Shown here: positions 1 through 7,296 of the stretch, one piece after another
Numbering within the stretch: the stretch's first letter is position 1
Layout of the letters: each line of letters begins with the position of its first letter
Sequence record: NC_047885.1
Length of the DNA stretch: 64,000 nucleotides
Reading direction: 5' to 3' (one strand)
From: Escherichia phage chee24
Translations under genes and position numbers: made by a program
Notes under the pieces: generated by a model
Told to the model about the DNA's origin: nothing
Databases searched by the model: none
The model's input: the letters and a program-made list of their open reading frames with translations, nothing else

Positions 1-132
1 AAAGATTTGCTACTAAAAATGCTTCGAACAGAAATTCACAAAATCCCGCTAAAAACATACCTATTGTAAAATCGGCAGAAAATACATAGGAATCTTTTAT
101 TTTCTGCTTCATTAAGTAAAACCAGATAGTCA

Positions 133-450
133 TTAAAATCTCTCCATTCTAAAGCCAATGAAGTAAGGTGCATTACACGGAACATGCTTAAGATCTTTAA
201 GAGTAATTTTACGTCCTAAGCGTCGTTCCATACAAGTGAAACATAGAACAATATCTTTGGGCTGCTCTTTTCTTATCTGATCCCAGACCCAATCTTCAAC
301 CATACACATTTCATGGTATTGTTCACAGTCTCGACAATAATGACACTGATGTTCTGGTACTTTTTGATTTTTAATACACAGTTCAGTAAAGCGTTTTCCG
401 GCTCTGCCAGACATTTCTGATATTGTTTCTAGAACTTTGTTAATATTCAT
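133..450 (-). CDS. hypothetical Cys/His-rich small protein (105 aa), possible zinc-binding
   Basis: ORF with ATG at 450 preceded by AAGGA; clustered Cys/His (HQCHYCRDC, CFTC). Confidence 0.55.
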   Translation of the reverse strand: MNINKVLETISEMSGRAGKRFTELCIKNQKVPEHQCHYCRDCEQYHEMCMVEDWVWDQIRKEQPKDIVLCFTCMERRLGRKITLKDLKHVPCNAPYFIGFRMERF

Positions 451-467
451 AACAAATTCCTTTAAAT

Positions 468-546
468 TGGTAGATCGCCTGGGACTCGAACCCAGAACCT
501 TCCGATTAAAAGTCGGATGCTACTAAACCTATTGAGCTAGCGACCT
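468..546 (-). tRNA. tRNA-Lys (anticodon UUU), CCA encoded
   Basis: Hand-folded cloverleaf: 7-bp acceptor stem, T-arm CTGGG-TTCGAGT-CCCAG, anticodon stem TCCGA/TCGGA with loop CTTTTAA. Confidence 0.6.
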
Positions 547-547
547 A

Positions 548-715
548 TTAGTAGCCATTATATACTTCTTTAATAGAATAGACTTTTAGGTAAGAATGAT
601 TAATCCCAAACTCCGCCATTACTTCTTTTTCATTTTTTCCATAATGTGCAAGTAAGAATCTTGAGGTATTATTACCTAAACGTTTGTCACTTACTACTAA
701 TCGAAATACTTTCAT
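548..715 (-). CDS. small hypothetical protein (55 aa)
   Basis: Unlisted ORF below the 60-aa track cutoff; ATG at 715 preceded by AGAGGA; fills the gap between two tRNAs. Confidence 0.35.
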   Translation of the reverse strand: MKVFRLVVSDKRLGNNTSRFLLAHYGKNEKEVMAEFGINHSYLKVYSIKEVYNGY

Positions 716-739
716 TTCGAAATCCTCTATTAAAAGGGA

Positions 740-812
740 AGCGGGTGCAGGAATCGAACCTACCTCTTTCTAGCTTATGAGACTAGCGATCTCTACCAGA
801 GATCTAACCCGC
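740..812 (-). tRNA. tRNA-Met or Ile2 (anticodon CAU), no encoded CCA
   Basis: T-arm GTAGG-TTCGATT-CCTGC, anticodon stem CTAGT/GCTAG with loop CTCATAA; acceptor stem has one terminal mismatch. Confidence 0.55.
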
Positions 813-819
813 AATTGTT

Positions 820-895
820 TGGTCAGTGCGGCAGGACTCGAACCTGCGACCCGAAGCATCCAAGGCTCCCACGCTACCAACTGCGCTACGCACTG
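820..895 (-). tRNA. tRNA-Pro (anticodon UGG), CCA encoded
   Basis: Acceptor CAGTGCG/CGCACTG, T-arm GCAGG-TTCGAGT-CCTGC, anticodon loop CTTGGAT. Confidence 0.65.
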
Positions 896-925
896 TTAAT
901 TTTGTTAACTCACTTTATAAGATAT

Positions 926-954
926 ATTATACAGAGAATTAAGTAAAATAGCAA
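926..954 (-). promoter_or_regulatory. sigma70-like early promoter (minus sense TTGCTA-17-TATAAT) driving the tRNA-Pro/Met/Lys cluster
   Basis: Plus-strand ATTATA at 926-931 and TAGCAA at 949-954, 17-bp spacer, A/T-rich upstream element. Confidence 0.6.
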
Positions 955-970
955 ATGAATTTTTAATAAA

Positions 971-1092
971 TTTACTTATTATGTAGGCCGCCTGGAGGCT
1001 ACCAACCCCACGGCTGACAAAGAAGTTTGCGAGACTTCTCTTAAAAGCCAGAATAGACCCGCCGGTCTATCGGAACCTACATAATAAGTAAA
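971..1092. repeat. perfect 17-bp inverted repeat (TTTACTTATTATGTAGG / CCTACATAATAAGTAAA) flanking an 88-bp core
   Basis: Arms at 971-987 and 1076-1092 are exact reverse complements; core contains a further hairpin AGAAGT-TTGCGAG-ACTTCT. Confidence 0.8.
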
Positions 1093-1104
1093 CTTTATAG
1101 TGTC

Positions 1105-1226
1105 ATTCTAGGCAGGACTCGAACCTGCTATCACTTGTGCGGACTTACGAGAACCATTCTTTCACTCGAATCGAACGAGCTTCTGCCCTCGCCAAGCTGG
1201 TTTCCCCCATCAACCACGCTAGAATG
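1105..1226 (-). ncRNA. tRNA-like element, possible pseudo-tRNA or disrupted tRNA
   Basis: Canonical T-arm GCAGG-TTCGAGT-CCTGC at 1111-1128 and 7-bp acceptor-like pairing between 1105-1111 and 1219-1225, but span is too long and no clean anticodon arm was found. Confidence 0.25.
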
Positions 1227-1347
1227 TTAGATTGTTTTCAGTGCAAGAGTCCGAGTCTTGGACACGACCGCTTCGCAAGTACATAGGCAGCTTATCATGA
1301 GTCAGCACTTCCGAATTGCTAGCTCCGTGTTCTGCACTGAAATTTTA

Positions 1348-1695
1348 TTAGTTTAATCGTAAAGTATTATCTACTTCACCATTAATTGTTCGGCATTCCT
1401 CTGGAATTGCCGGGGTGGCCTTGTATTCCCACCATTCAGCACCGTCATATTCCCCACGTTCTAGCCAAGTTCCATCGGCAAACCATACATTACCATAAAG
1501 TAATTGTCCGCCGTATCCAGAATCATATTCAAAGTCTAGGTTATTAAGAAAATCCTCAATATCTTCTTCTGTATAGCCTAAAGGTAATACCCAGACTTTT
1601 TTGTCCCCATAATACCCAAATTCTATTTTAATACACTTAACTTCAGAATTAGTATTTTTTAAGGCAAGTAACAGCTCTTCTTTAGCATTACGCAT
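1348..1695 (-). CDS. hypothetical protein (115 aa)
   Basis: ORF in the minus-strand gene series; protein-like composition. Confidence 0.5.
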   Translation of the reverse strand: MRNAKEELLLALKNTNSEVKCIKIEFGYYGDKKVWVLPLGYTEEDIEDFLNNLDFEYDSGYGGQLLYGNVWFADGTWLERGEYDGAEWWEYKATPAIPEECRTINGEVDNTLRLN

Positions 1696-1720
1696 AATAT
1701 ATTCTCATACTGAATTAATT

Positions 1721-1797
1721 TGGCGCGACCGATGGGATTTGAACCCACATTCTCTCCCGTGACAGGGGAGTACCATTACCAAGCCAGCCCCGGTCGC
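1721..1797 (-). tRNA. tRNA-Asp (anticodon GUC), CCA encoded
   Basis: Acceptor GCGACCG/CGGTCGC, T-arm ATGGG-TTCAAAT-CCCAT, anticodon stem CTCCC/GGGAG with loop CTGTCAC. Confidence 0.65.
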
Positions 1798-1806
1798 ATA
1801 ATTTAT

Positions 1807-1992
1807 TTACTCAGCTTTGAGTTTTTCAATAGCTGCATTAAGTTCTTTAAGAAACTCTTTTCGTACATTAAGACGATTGAGACTTACTAGTATATCATGT
1901 TTAAGTTCTTCGATGTATTTCTTCTCAACTTCAATATTGTTGATAGTACTATCACGATGAACTTCTAGCTGCGCAATCACATTCTTGGACAT
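1807..1992 (-). CDS. small hypothetical protein (61 aa), predicted coiled coil
   Basis: ORF between tRNA genes; heptad-like charged/hydrophobic pattern. Confidence 0.4.
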   Translation of the reverse strand: MSKNVIAQLEVHRDSTINNIEVEKKYIEELKHDILVSLNRLNVRKEFLKELNAAIEKLKAE

Positions 1993-2094
1993 GCTTGTTT
2001 CCTCAGTTATTAATGAAAATGGTATCTGTGGCTGAATTCGATGTCAGCAATGATAGCTGGTTGGCTACCGGTTTACTTAACTCTACACAGAATT

Positions 2095-2172
2095 TGGCGG
2101 TTCCTGCTGGATTCGAACCAGCAACCCTCAACTTAACAAGATGCCGCTCTAACCAATTAGAGCTAAGGAACC
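2095..2172 (-). tRNA. tRNA, probably Asn (anticodon GUU), CCA encoded
   Basis: Acceptor GGTTCCT/AGGAACC, T-arm GCTGG-TTCGAAT-CCAGC, D-arm GCTC..GAGC; anticodon stem weak so anticodon is tentative. Confidence 0.5.
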
Positions 2173-2667
2173 ATATAAGTCAGAACTAGAGTTAATACGT
2201 CCTAGATATTTACTAAGATCCCTAGAATTTATACTAAACCACTCATGTTCTTTTAAATCTTTGAAATACTGGTGAATTAGTTTTTCACCTTTTCGTTTGT
2301 CAAACCAAAAAGACCAATGCTCTAACTTATAATCCCTATAGGGGGAATAAGTCTGATATTGAGCTAATCTCTCTTTTGGATTTTGACTCATACCTATTTT
2401 ATACTGATTTTTCCATGCAGGATTACTAATACAGTATACAAAACCTTCGGAAATAGGAAGTTTATTTTCCTGCTTAAACTTTATAAAGGAAAGTGCAGCA
2501 AGTTTTCTTGAATACATAGTATTCGTATTCTTTTTGGTATTACCATTGGTTCCTGAAAGATTTATATATTCTTCTATAAATCTCTGGATTAGTTCTGCGG
2601 TTATATAGAAGGGCTCATTAGTAACAACGCCTTTCTTTACCAAACTATCAAAAACTTTTGTATGCAC
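2149..2667 (-). CDS. T5orf172-domain protein (GIY-YIG-like nuclease fold, 172 aa)
   Basis: Motif GFVYCISNPAWKNQYKIGMS...YSPYRDYKLEHW typical of the T5orf172 family; 3' end overlaps the tRNA at 2095-2172. Confidence 0.65.
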   Translation of the reverse strand: MHTKVFDSLVKKGVVTNEPFYITAELIQRFIEEYINLSGTNGNTKKNTNTMYSRKLAALSFIKFKQENKLPISEGFVYCISNPAWKNQYKIGMSQNPKERLAQYQTYSPYRDYKLEHWSFWFDKRKGEKLIHQYFKDLKEHEWFSINSRDLSKYLGRINSSSDLYGSLALIG

Positions 2668-2688
2668 TACTTCTTTCCTTTAGTAATT

Positions 2689-2764
2689 TGGACGACCGCA
2701 TGAGATTTGAACTCACATAAAAAGGATTTGCAATCCTTCGCCTAAGCCATTCAGCCAACGGTCG
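2689..2764 (-). tRNA. tRNA-Cys (anticodon GCA), CCA encoded
   Basis: Acceptor CGACCGT/GCGGTCG, anticodon stem AAGGA/TCCTT with loop TTGCAAA, T-arm GTGAG-TTCAAAT-CTCAT. Confidence 0.65.
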
Positions 2765-2942
2765 ATTTATCTTGTTTTTCGAGATCTTCAAATTCTAAAT
2801 CATTGAAGTTCCCTAGAGTACGGGAGTAGAACCCGTCTCCTACGTCATAGCCTGATTTACCACAATCACACATTTTAAACTCTCTATAACGAGTGAAAAT
2901 ATGTTCAGAACCACAACACTTAAATTTAACTAACATTTTCAT
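2751..2942 (-). CDS. small Cys-rich protein (63 aa), possible zinc ribbon
   Basis: ORF with CC..H and CDC motifs. Confidence 0.45.
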   Translation of the reverse strand: MKMLVKFKCCGSEHIFTRYREFKMCDCGKSGYDVGDGFYSRTLGNFNDLEFEDLEKQDKSTVG

Positions 2943-3181
2943 TTAACACGCTCCGGTAAATCTTCGAGTTTATATTGGGTAGCCACATTAGCAGCATCTA
3001 GTAACAAACCCATATGTTTAAGAATCCTGGTGATAGCCTCGCCTTCTGCTTCTTCTACAAAGCAACGTAGATTAACGAAGTCAATACCACCATCCATACC
3101 AGAGAAAATGTTTAGTAAGCGAAACATTACCAGCTTACGTTCTTTCAATTCTTGTTCTGTCATGTTGCTTCTCCAGTTCAA
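2939..3181 (-). CDS. hypothetical protein (80 aa)
   Basis: ORF start overlaps the stop of the upstream ORF (coupled pair). Confidence 0.5.
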   Translation of the reverse strand: MNWRSNMTEQELKERKLVMFRLLNIFSGMDGGIDFVNLRCFVEEAEGEAITRILKHMGLLLDAANVATQYKLEDLPERVK

Positions 3182-3213
3182 TTTATGTAATTATTATATA
3201 GAACTTTTGGAAA

Positions 3214-3501
3214 CTAAGCAACTACATTTTTTAGGAATTTGATCCCTTTCTTTTTCTTCTTATATTTCCACGTTAATGGATTCTGTCGATTATGAACGCT
3301 TGAGATCTTTGTCTCGTCAAAGTTCTTCAATATCATGTAATCACAGGATAATTGTTCTAGTGGAATGTGATCACCGTCAAAAGCGTATACATAAGGCTGT
3401 TGACTAGCACGATAATGATAGACTTTGTTAATTCTACGTTTCAGCGACTTATCCGCGCAGTAAATAAAGAAGTTTTCAGGATGCATCAGCATCTCCTTCA
3501 A
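3214..3501 (-). CDS. hypothetical protein (95 aa)
   Basis: ORF in the minus-strand series. Confidence 0.5.
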   Translation of the reverse strand: MKEMLMHPENFFIYCADKSLKRRINKVYHYRASQQPYVYAFDGDHIPLEQLSCDYMILKNFDETKISSVHNRQNPLTWKYKKKKKGIKFLKNVVA

Positions 3502-3503
3502 TT

Positions 3504-3578
3504 TGGTGCACCCTGTTCGTATCGAACGAACCTCTCAAGCTCTTCAGGCAAGCGCTAATCCATCTCAGCTAAAGGTGC
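3504..3578 (-). tRNA. tRNA, probably Phe (anticodon GAA), CCA encoded
   Basis: Acceptor GCACCTT/AGGGTGC, D-arm GCTG..TAGC, perfect T-arm GTTCG-TTCGATA-CGAAC; anticodon stem has two U-U mismatches. Confidence 0.5.
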
Positions 3579-3584
3579 AAATTT

Positions 3585-3665
3585 TGGCAAACCCACTAGG
3601 ACTCGAACCTAGACCGTACGGTTTTGGAGACCGACATGCTGTCCAGTAACACTCTAGGAATGCAG
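3585..3665 (-). ncRNA. tRNA-like element with Trp-like anticodon loop (CTCCAAA) but no acceptor-stem pairing
   Basis: T-arm CTAGG-TTCGAGT-CCTAG and 3' CCA present; no complementary 5' strand found within tRNA distance. Confidence 0.3.
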
Positions 3666-3669
3666 AAAT

Positions 3670-3763
3670 TGGTACACCCACGGAGAATTGAACTCCGATT
3701 CTCAGATTGAACTCCGATTCTCAGATTGAAATCCTGATGTCCTAGCCATTAGACGATAGGTGT
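3670..3763 (-). tRNA. tRNA-Glu-like gene (anticodon UUC) with a 19-bp tandem duplication at the variable-loop position
   Basis: Removing one repeat copy gives a 75-nt cloverleaf (acceptor ACACCTA/TGGGTGT, D-arm GTCT-AATGGCTA-GGAC, anticodon stem TCAGG/TCTGA, T-arm CGGAG-TTCAATT-CTCCG); as encoded it is 94 nt. Confidence 0.45.
3687..3730. repeat. perfect 19-bp tandem duplication (ATTGAACTCCGATTCTCAG x2) plus a 6-bp partial third copy
   Basis: Exact copies at 3687-3705 and 3706-3724. Confidence 0.85.
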
Positions 3764-3771
3764 ATTAAATT

Positions 3772-3859
3772 TGGTGGGCGTTAATGGAGTCGAACCACTC
3801 GAGTCGCAATGACCAGGGATTTACAATCCCCTCCGCTACCACTTACGGAATAAACGCCC
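3772..3859 (-). tRNA. tRNA-Tyr (anticodon GUA), long variable arm, CCA encoded
   Basis: Acceptor GGGCGTT/AACGCCC, anticodon stem GGGGA/TCCCT with loop TTGTAAA, 88-nt length with extra arm. Confidence 0.6.
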
Positions 3860-3987
3860 ATATTTAGAAGCATTCAAATACTTGTTTAAACACTTTTAAA
3901 TATGTTTCCGAATTAGATAACTATTATACCAAGTTTTAAGGCACTGAGCAAGTCAAATTTTAAAGAACTTGCTCAGTGCTGTATTAG

Positions 3988-4263
3988 TTAGTCGAACTTA
4001 GGAGTGATAGTTAAGGAGAACGGAAGTTCGAAAACTTCTTCGCCCTCATTACTAACGGTAACTACACGACCTTTAAGTTCAGACATTAAAATATCAATAT
4101 CAGCTTTTGCATCTGGAGCCATGCCAGCTTCAATACATTTAGCTTTAACTTCCGGTAAAAGCTCTACGTTATAGAGATAGAGCCACTCAATCTCACCTTC
4201 CCAGTCTTCCCAGGATTTGCAGATTGCACTTTCAATACCAGTTGCTACAACACGATTTTGCAT
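3988..4263 (-). CDS. hypothetical protein (91 aa)
   Basis: ORF with promoter-like TTGCCT-18-TATAAT (minus sense) at about 4290-4345 upstream. Confidence 0.55.
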   Translation of the reverse strand: MQNRVVATGIESAICKSWEDWEGEIEWLYLYNVELLPEVKAKCIEAGMAPDAKADIDILMSELKGRVVTVSNEGEEVFELPFSLTITPKFD

Positions 4264-4353
4264 TAATTAACTCCTTCATCAATTTATATAACTATTATAC
4301 CAGAAATTTAAAGTAAAAGGCAAGTACATTTTTAAAAATTCTGTTTGGAGGAG

Positions 4354-4560
4354 CTAAACTCCAGATTTTTCGGCCAAGTCTAGACTAATAAGAGTTATAG
4401 CCATAATTGCTGCACCGTGTTCTTTTTCTCCGGTGTTTTTAGCAGAGTCTATAATATCCTTAATCTGTTCGTAATAACTTTTTACTTCTTGTTCAATGCC
4501 TGCCTCGGCTATCATGCCTTTAGCCATGAATCGTTGCATGGTAATTTCAGGATTAGCCAT
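4354..4560 (-). CDS. hypothetical protein (68 aa)
   Basis: ORF; start overlaps the stop of the 4553-4720 ORF. Confidence 0.5.
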   Translation of the reverse strand: MANPEITMQRFMAKGMIAEAGIEQEVKSYYEQIKDIIDSAKNTGEKEHGAAIMAITLISLDLAEKSGV

Positions 4561-4720
4561 GTTGTTTCTCCAGTTTCATTTTTAATAGTTTACAGATGAA
4601 ATCAACGTCTTCATCTGTGCCTAAGTCTCTATCCTCAAGGGTCGCCTTGAAGTTTTTCGTCAATTCCATGAGGATGACTTCCCTAGAACGACGTGTTGGC
4701 GGAGGTGGATGTCTATACAT
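4553..4720 (-). CDS. small hypothetical protein (55 aa)
   Basis: Unlisted ORF below the track cutoff, coupled to the downstream gene. Confidence 0.35.
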   Translation of the reverse strand: MYRHPPPPTRRSREVILMELTKNFKATLEDRDLGTDEDVDFICKLLKMKLEKQHG

Positions 4721-4735
4721 CTTATTTCCTTAATT

Positions 4736-4812
4736 TGGTAGGGGTGGTGGGATTCGAACCCACAAAACCTGAATTTTAAGTCCAGTACCTATGCCAATTC
4801 GATTACACCCCC
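4736..4812 (-). tRNA. tRNA with anticodon UAA (Leu-like, but short variable loop)
   Basis: Acceptor GGGGGTG/CACCCCT, T-arm GTGGG-TTCGAAT-CCCAC, anticodon stem CTGGA/TTCAG with loop CTTAAAA. Confidence 0.5.
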
Positions 4813-5107
4813 ATGTAATCAGTTTATTAGTTGATACATATTATAGCCTAAAGAAAACCCTACTACTAATCCTACGAACCAACCAATATAATAATCTTTT
4901 AATTTCACGGGTGTCAACCTCGTTCAATATCTAGAGAAATACCACAGGTAGGATTAATGCCTGTGCCTTTGCACGTCGGACAAACCCAGATATTACAGAA
5001 TGTATCCCCTGCTTCTGCATCAGAACTTTTCCAACTCCTAGACAGTTAGGACAGGCACATTCTTCTAGCTCTTGCTTGAGTTCTTGAAACTTAGACATAT
5101 AGTTTCC

Positions 5108-5296
5108 TTATTCAATTACTTTTGAGGCTTCAAGGGAGTCGATATAGTGTACGTTTTCTACCATGATCATATAATCTGCCACTTTATCCATAGCCTGAGC
5201 TTCAGAGGTAGCCCTGGCTAACCTATATCCTTTTTTATATTCATCCGGGTATTCCCTATCTGGAATAAACACAACACAAACTAGGTATAGTTCCAC
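5108..5296 (-). CDS. hypothetical protein (62 aa)
   Basis: ORF in the minus-strand series. Confidence 0.4.
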   Translation of the reverse strand: MELYLVCVVFIPDREYPDEYKKGYRLARATSEAQAMDKVADYMIMVENVHYIDSLEASKVIE

Positions 5297-5317
5297 TTGT
5301 AACCTCTCTAATCAAGA

Positions 5318-5395
5318 TGGTGGCTCCCCGAGGATTCGAACCTACGTACCTTCCGGTTATGAGCCGGATGCTCATACCATATGAGCTTGAGAACC
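5318..5395 (-). tRNA. tRNA-Met or Ile2 (anticodon CAU), CCA encoded
   Basis: Acceptor GGTTCTC/GGGAGCC, anticodon stem TCCGG/CCGGA with loop CTCATAA; T-stem imperfect. Confidence 0.55.
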
Positions 5396-5401
5396 AGAAT
5401 T

Positions 5402-5490
5402 TGGCGGAAGAAGTGGGAATCGAACCCACAAGGCTATATTTCAAACCGACAGATTAGCAATCTGCTGCAATACCGTTATGCTATTCTTCC
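5402..5490 (-). tRNA. tRNA-Ser (anticodon GCU), long variable arm, CCA encoded
   Basis: Acceptor GGAAGAA/TTCTTCC, anticodon stem GCAGA/TCTGT with loop TTGCTAA, T-arm GTGGG-TTCGATT-CCCAC, 89 nt. Confidence 0.6.
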
Positions 5491-5505
5491 GAATTTATAA
5501 GATAT

Positions 5506-5534
5506 ATTATATTAGAAATTTAGCTTCATAGCAA
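5506..5534 (-). promoter_or_regulatory. sigma70-like early promoter (minus sense TTGCTA-17-TATAAT) upstream of tRNA-Ser
   Basis: Plus-strand ATTATA 5506-5511 and TAGCAA 5529-5534; same conserved promoter family. Confidence 0.55.
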
Positions 5535-6030
5535 GAAAATTTTTCAAGTTTTCGGTAGACATCTCATCCACATCTACAGGAGAAACAAATCCATTTAATT
5601 GTCTAGCAAATTTTTCACCAGCAGGATCATTATCCCCAACAGCTACCAATTTAAAAGGTAGTAATTTCAATTGCTTTAACAACGCTTTTCCTGGAGAAGA
5701 ACCCAACATTGCCAGGGCTGGATAACCAGCGTTATGTAATGCTACGGCCTTAAATACAGATTCCGCAACCAATACTACTTTTTCATCCCCATTGAGAGTT
5801 TCCAGCCCCCATACACACTGTGTAGTAGAATAAGTAAAATACTTAGCTTCAAAAGGAGATTTACCATGACCTTTTGGAGCAGAAGGATTATAAGTCTGAT
5901 AGCCTCTCAACATCCCAGAGAAGTCATACAATGGGACTGTTAGCCATCCTTCCGGACTTAACCAGCAATGATATTTATCTGTATCAAACCCTCTAGATAA
6001 GAGATGTTCTGTTAGTTCATCAACAGTCAT
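5512..6030 (-). CDS. TOPRIM-domain protein, primase-like paralog lacking a zinc finger (172 aa)
   Basis: VVLVAESVFKAVAL and VAVGDNDPAG motifs (Glu plus DxD) align with the TOPRIM region of the primase at 37630-38520. Confidence 0.55.
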   Translation of the reverse strand: MTVDELTEHLLSRGFDTDKYHCWLSPEGWLTVPLYDFSGMLRGYQTYNPSAPKGHGKSPFEAKYFTYSTTQCVWGLETLNGDEKVVLVAESVFKAVALHNAGYPALAMLGSSPGKALLKQLKLLPFKLVAVGDNDPAGEKFARQLNGFVSPVDVDEMSTENLKNFLAMKLNF

Positions 6031-6058
6031 ATTAGATTCCTCTCAAATTTATAAATAT

Positions 6059-6087
6059 ATTATACAGAGGATTTAGCATTCAAGCAA
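6059..6087 (-). promoter_or_regulatory. sigma70-like early promoter (minus sense TTGCTT-17-TATAAT) for 5512-6030
   Basis: Plus-strand ATTATA 6059-6064 and AAGCAA 6082-6087. Confidence 0.55.
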
Positions 6088-6165
6088 TTGAATTTTTTAA
6101 CTTTTTAGAGGAAAATCACAGGATGCTTACGGGTAGCAGGTAAGTGGTCAGGACCGAAATTTGTG

Positions 6166-6195
6166 ACCCCACTAAAAATCTGGGGTCAATTTTTA
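6166..6195 (+). terminator. rho-independent terminator-like hairpin at the 5' edge of the plus-strand cassette
   Basis: Stem GACCCCA/TGGGGTC with 9-nt loop, followed by AATTTTTA. Confidence 0.5.
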
Positions 6196-6203
6196 AAGAC
6201 CCC

Positions 6204-6232
6204 TTGACATTTTTGCCGGGGTAGTGTAAAGT
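6204..6232 (+). promoter_or_regulatory. sigma70-like promoter (TTGACA-17-TAAAGT) for the plus-strand cassette
   Basis: Consensus -35 at 6204-6209, 17-bp spacer, -10 TAAAGT 6227-6232, AGGAGG RBS at 6280. Confidence 0.6.
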
Positions 6233-6295
6233 ATATGTTATGGATGAGTGATCAAAGAGACACACATTTTCTATATACTAGGAGGTGTCAAAAAA

Positions 6296-7275
6296 TGACA
6301 GAAGAAGTAGCTAAGAGTCCTGAAACCGTCGCTAGCGTAGCAGCAGAACTGCATCGTCACGAGGAATCAGATAAGAAAAAGTGGGAGAAAGTCAAAGCCT
6401 ACGAAGAAGAACATCGTGAACACGATGATAAAGATGAAGAAGATGACGATGATGAACATTGTCATAAATATGGAAAACATAAAATGCAAGAACCAGTAAA
6501 CGTATTTACTAATGGCTTCCCTGGCATGGGTGCATTCCCAGCTAACGCAAGTGCTTTCGGTGGAGAAGGTATGGGTCTATTCGGAGCTATCCTAATCGGT
6601 GCTCTATTAACAGGCGGATTTGGTGGTTTTGGTGGTTTTGGCCGTGGTGCTGGCGTTGCCGCTGAAGGGACTGCTGTGGACGCGATCCTTTCTAACCAAG
6701 ATACTGCAAGTATTCTAGCTGCAATCAATACTACTCGTACAGAAGCTAACCAGGGCACTGGGGCTGTTCTAAGCGCAGTAAACGGTGTGGGAGCTGCTCA
6801 AGCTGCTAGCACTCAGCAAGTTCTGACTACTATCTACGGTACAGGTGCTAATCTGTCAAACCAGATCTGTGCTGAAACTCGTAACGTTATTCAGGGTCAG
6901 TTCGATCTTTCTCGTCAGATGGATCAATCTTTCGCTGCTAACCAGATCGCACGTGCTCAAGATAAGTTTGACTCTGCTCAGATTGCTTTCCAGCAGTCTA
7001 TTCAGACCAATAACCAGTTTGCCGCTGTTCAGGCTCAGATGTGTGCTAACCAGAATGCTATAGAGCGTCAGCTTGCTGAATGTTGCTGTGAACTTCAGAC
7101 TGCGATCGCTGGTGTAACTACTGCGCGTATCCAGGACGAACTGAATGAATGCCGTCTGCGTGAAGCAATCGCTCAAGGTAGTGGTGCTAACGGTCAGGTA
7201 ATTAACCAAATCGCTGTAAGTCTTGGTGCTATCACTCAGACTCTGGCTGGTCTGCAGGCTAAACTGCCGGCTTAA
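6296..7275 (+). CDS. hypothetical protein (326 aa): acidic N-terminus, Gly-rich hydrophobic segment, Gln/Ala-rich C-terminal half
   Basis: Track ORF 6235-7275 trimmed to the ATG at 6296 behind AGGAGG; segment GMGLFGAILIGALLTGGFGGFGGFG looks like a glycine-zipper membrane helix; codons look more GC-rich than neighbours. Confidence 0.6.
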
Positions 7276-7296
7276 AATTAAGGGGAGGAGCCCATT

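Noticed and set aside
1995-2189. 64-aa plus-strand ORF across the tRNA at 2095-2172
   Set aside because: Overlaps a well-folded tRNA on the opposite strand; no promoter or RBS.
3687-3730. Possible CRISPR-like or satellite array
   Set aside because: Only two exact 19-bp copies directly abutting with no spacers; it sits inside a tRNA fold, so a slippage duplication is the better explanation.
5256-5444. 62-aa ORF spanning two tRNA genes
   Set aside because: Covers tRNA sequences (5318-5395 and 5402-5490); translation is tRNA-derived nonsense.
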